64,000 nt of DNA from Pristiophorus japonicus (taxonomy: Eukaryota), in the NCBI RefSeq assembly GCF_044704955.1, contig NC_091982.1, forward strand, positions 254,138,001-254,202,000, read 5' to 3'. Made by a program: the position numbers and the translations under genes. Shown here piece after piece: positions 60,439-64,000 of the stretch (position 1 is the first letter of the stretch; each line of letters opens with the position of its first letter). Below the pieces are notes generated by a model. It was not told where the DNA came from, did no database searches, and saw only the letters and a list, made by a program, of their open reading frames with translations.

Positions 60439-63107
60439 ATAACAGCAATGCTGAAATGGCTGTTGTTGTCTTATAAAATCCCCCACATACTATATTCACT
60501 CAGTATGTTAATTTTGAATTTTAGTTCTCTCTGTAGGTGGCATTTTTGAAAGCACCCAGGGCTATTCTAATGATGGGCACCATATGAGAAAATCACACCT
60601 GCACTGCTTGTAATTTAATGGCCACTGATTTCGATGGGAAAAAATGTCATGGGGTAGTGCACCTGCAATTTTATGATAAGCCACATACTGTGTGTAATGC
60701 CACACTGGTCTCAGAGAATGTGCACACTGTGCCTCTAATTCCTATTGTTGGTGTAAACATTTATTTTCAAATTTCCAGTATTAACTGTTCCCTACCCCCT
60801 GCCCCTTAATAGCCTCATTCCCAACAAATTAAGAACCTGCAGAAAATAGTACTTTAGCATTTCTTTTCTTGGAAATCCTAATTTCCAGAGGGGATTCAAT
60901 AGTGTCTGTGTCCCTTTTTGGAGTTTAACAACACTCCTGGAACATTATTTGTCCTTTTCTAGGAGAGTGCTAAAGCAGCCTTGTGTGGGTCTTGTGTCCA
61001 CTTTGTGTCCAATGCAAAGTGTGAAGCTCTTACTTCTCAAAATCAATTGAAAAATGTAGATTCAAAGGAATCTGCCATAAAACCGCCTGAATTTCAGACG
61101 TTTTCAATACTTTGCAGGAAGCCAGGAGAGAATTAGATGGCTAGTTGTTTTTAAAAATCACACTGCTGGGCTTTTTAATGGACTGGGTCAGGGGGCACAT
61201 GCCAAGTACACGAGGGAGAAAGGAATAGAAGGATATGTTGATCGGGTGAGATGAAGTAAGATATGGGGAGGCTTGTATAGAGCATAAACACCAACATAGA
61301 CCTGTTGGGCCAAATGGCCTGTTTCTGTCCTGCAAGTACTATATAATACTCTGTAATGTCTGAATTTCTGGCATACACTCCCTTAGATTCACTCCTGGAT
61401 TATAACACAACTAAATAACACTCACTTTTATGAGTTTGAGAATTAGCTAGGTAGCTCCCCTTCTATGCTTTATGTAAGCACCACTATGATAGAACTCTCT
61501 CCACAATGAACATAATGGAGGTTTGAAACCCAACTTCCCTGCTGACATTGATTCAAATTGCTATAAGTGACAGGGTGGGCTCAACCCTCTGTAACAAGGG
61601 AATGCCTTGCTGCCCTGCCTTTTTTTTGTTTGGATGAGGAGGAGTCTGTTTTGCCGTATTCTCCTATTACCACCGAAGAGGTTATTAGCTTCTTGTAACC
61701 TGGTCAGGCTCTGAGCCAGGTTGGCTACCCAGCAGATGTCTGAAAAAATCTCCTCCCTGAATTGGTTTCTTTTCTACAAAGTATGTTCCAGTATAATACT
61801 GAGACTGGTTTTACCCCTGACATTGAGAGCTATGTGTCCATTTCCCTGTTGCTGTAGAAGGACACAAACTTTCTTAACTCAGCCCCCTCTAGGCCAATAT
61901 CACAATATCGTAAAATGTTTGTCAAAATGTTGGACACCAGTCTGCGCAGTCAGTCACACATTAATGTGGCATTTCCATTTTCCACAAGAACTATCTTTCT
62001 GAATTCTTGCCAATTTGTGCTAACCAATGGGGAAATTTGTGCTGCAGATTCACATCCACTAAGTGCAGGTTTGGGATTTCCCCAAATCAGGAAGTGTTCA
62101 TGTGCTGTAATTGTACAGTGTAATTTCAATTTTCTGTAGGGGCTATATTGCCAACCAAGGGATGTAAATATTATTGCATTTGTCACTGGATTTAAAACCA
62201 GGTCACAGAAAAGAAAAGATTGTTCCAATCCACCGCTCCACCCAGCTTCCATAGCTATATTTTCATATTGAAATATTAAATATTCATTACACGCTCCAAA
62301 AAAACATCATTTTATTCATATAAAAAATCCATTAACACAGCTACTAACTACAAGAGATCAAAGCTGACTCCTTCAGCCCAGTGATGCATAAGCAACAAAC
62401 GGAGGTCGACTCCCTCCCATGTCATTTGAGTGAGCCACCTGGTGGGTTGACTAAGAGGCAACATTGATAACATTTGCGGACCATCCTATTTATCCAGTTG
62501 AGATTAGAATAGATGCACTAGTTATTTTGAAGGGGTGGGGGGAGGGGGAGATAGGTAGAAAATATGAGAAGAGGAAAAACTGTAATTAACAGAGAGCGTG
62601 TTGCTTCCAGTACATTAAATTGGTACCGTAACCTTCAAATATGGTCATGGTTAGAATTTTGGATATTTACTAGACAGACAACTAAGATGAAGAATTTTGA
62701 AATTAATCCTTGAAACATTTTTAATGTTTTTTCTTTTATATTTTCCCCTTCTTTGTTTTATTAAAGCCCATTCAAGCAGGCAACTTGCTACAACAAACAT
62801 ATTGTGTCATTCGCGAGCCATATGACAGAGTATTGGTAAAGAATGATTGATGTAAAAAGAAACCCTCTTGACCCTCACTTAACACTGAAAGCAATTGCAA
62901 ATAAGTCTTTATTCTCTTCCCTAGTGGATGACCCTGAATGACATTTTGCTGACTGTATCTAGTCAGATGTGGAGCATAACCCTGCTAACAGCTCAAAGCT
63001 CAAATGTTTGGCTGAACCACATGAATCACTAAATACCACCTAATATAAACAAGACAAGTCCCTGAGGACAGCAATAGCAGCACAAAGGACAGCACACCGG
63101 AAGATAG

Positions 63108-63690
63108 GATCAGCAGTAAGCCATTCAACCCCTCGAGCTGGTTCTGCCATTCTGACCTGTACCTCAACTCCATTTAATCTGTCTTTGCTCCATATTGCAT
63201 GATACCTCCCTTGGCAGAGAGGTCAATAACCAGGGGGCATAGATTTAAAGTAATTGGTCGAAGGATTAGAAGGGAGTTGAGAAAAACTTTTTTCACCCAG
63301 AGGGTGGTGGGGGTCTGGAACTCACTGCCTGTAAGGGTGATAGAGGCAGAAACCCTCACCACATTTAAAAAGTACTTGGATGTGCACTTGAAGTGCCGTA
63401 AGAGCTGGAAAGTGGGATTAGGCTTGGATAGCTCTTTTTTTGGCAGCACAGACACGATGTGCCATAAATTTCTGTGATTCTACCCATACCTAACAAAAAT
63501 CTATCGGTCCCAATTGTGAACATTTCAATTGACCTCCACAGCTTTTTTGGGGAAAGAGTTCCAGATTTCCGCTGCTGTTTGTGTTCAAAAGTGTTTCCTG
63601 ATTTCATTCCAAAATGGCCTAGCTCCAACTTTAAGACTATGGCCCCTTGTTCTGGTTTCCCCCATCAGAAGAAATAGTTTCTCTGTAAAA
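63108..63690. mobile_element. Old CR1 tail (minus) interrupted by a CR1 3' fragment (plus, ~63205-63477)
   Basis: ORF 63199..63477 reads TRGHRFKV..FFTQRVVGVWNSLP. The flanks match the reverse tail type seen at 24513-24800. Confidence 0.75.
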
Positions 63691-64000
63691 GGTAACACTG
63701 CTTATTGTGGGGATTTAGCATAAGCAATGTTCCAGGGTGTTGAGTGCTGGAATAGAGATGAAGCAATGAAAACACACGGTTCCTCGTTCCAGTATAAACC
63801 ATCCTGCAATGCTCATTAGAACCAAAAGTGTCTTGACATTCTTTCCACGGTGCAGTGATATGTGGCCATTTTACAAATTCAGGAGCAGTCTTGCTTTTGA
63901 CCTGCAAATCTCATTCATAAAATGCAGGCTATTCCTGAAATCTCACAAAATTGGCTGACCAGATTGTGTACAAATTGACAGGTGTGTTTCCTACATTACA

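Overview
Eukaryotic, repeat-dominated genomic DNA, most likely intronic or intergenic sequence from a cartilaginous fish (shark). The taxon is inferred from the CR1, L2, DeuSINE, LF-SINE and Penelope repertoire; no search was run. No intact host protein-coding gene was found. The window is a layered transposon graveyard. It holds at least 12 CR1 LINE copies (one ~4.3 kb copy retains its ORF1 SGNH esterase and ORF2 EN/RT), two L2 LINEs, a second Jockey-group LINE family, RTE pieces, and a Gypsy pol remnant with PPT and 3' LTR. DNA transposons include a fragmented KIAA1586-like hAT transposase with an internal inversion, a PIF/Harbinger system (a spliced Myb/SANT gene, two more Myb remnants, a HARBI1 DDE remnant and ~10 GC-rich MITEs) and Tigger/pogo-like MITEs. 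There are also ancient SINEs (LF-SINE, DeuSINE, AmnSINE2-like), two minisatellites, Penelope-derived pieces carrying hammerhead-ribozyme cores, and a decayed UPF0489/C5orf22 gene fragment. Family names come from motif recognition by eye. Boundaries are approximate unless a TIR or TSD is quoted.
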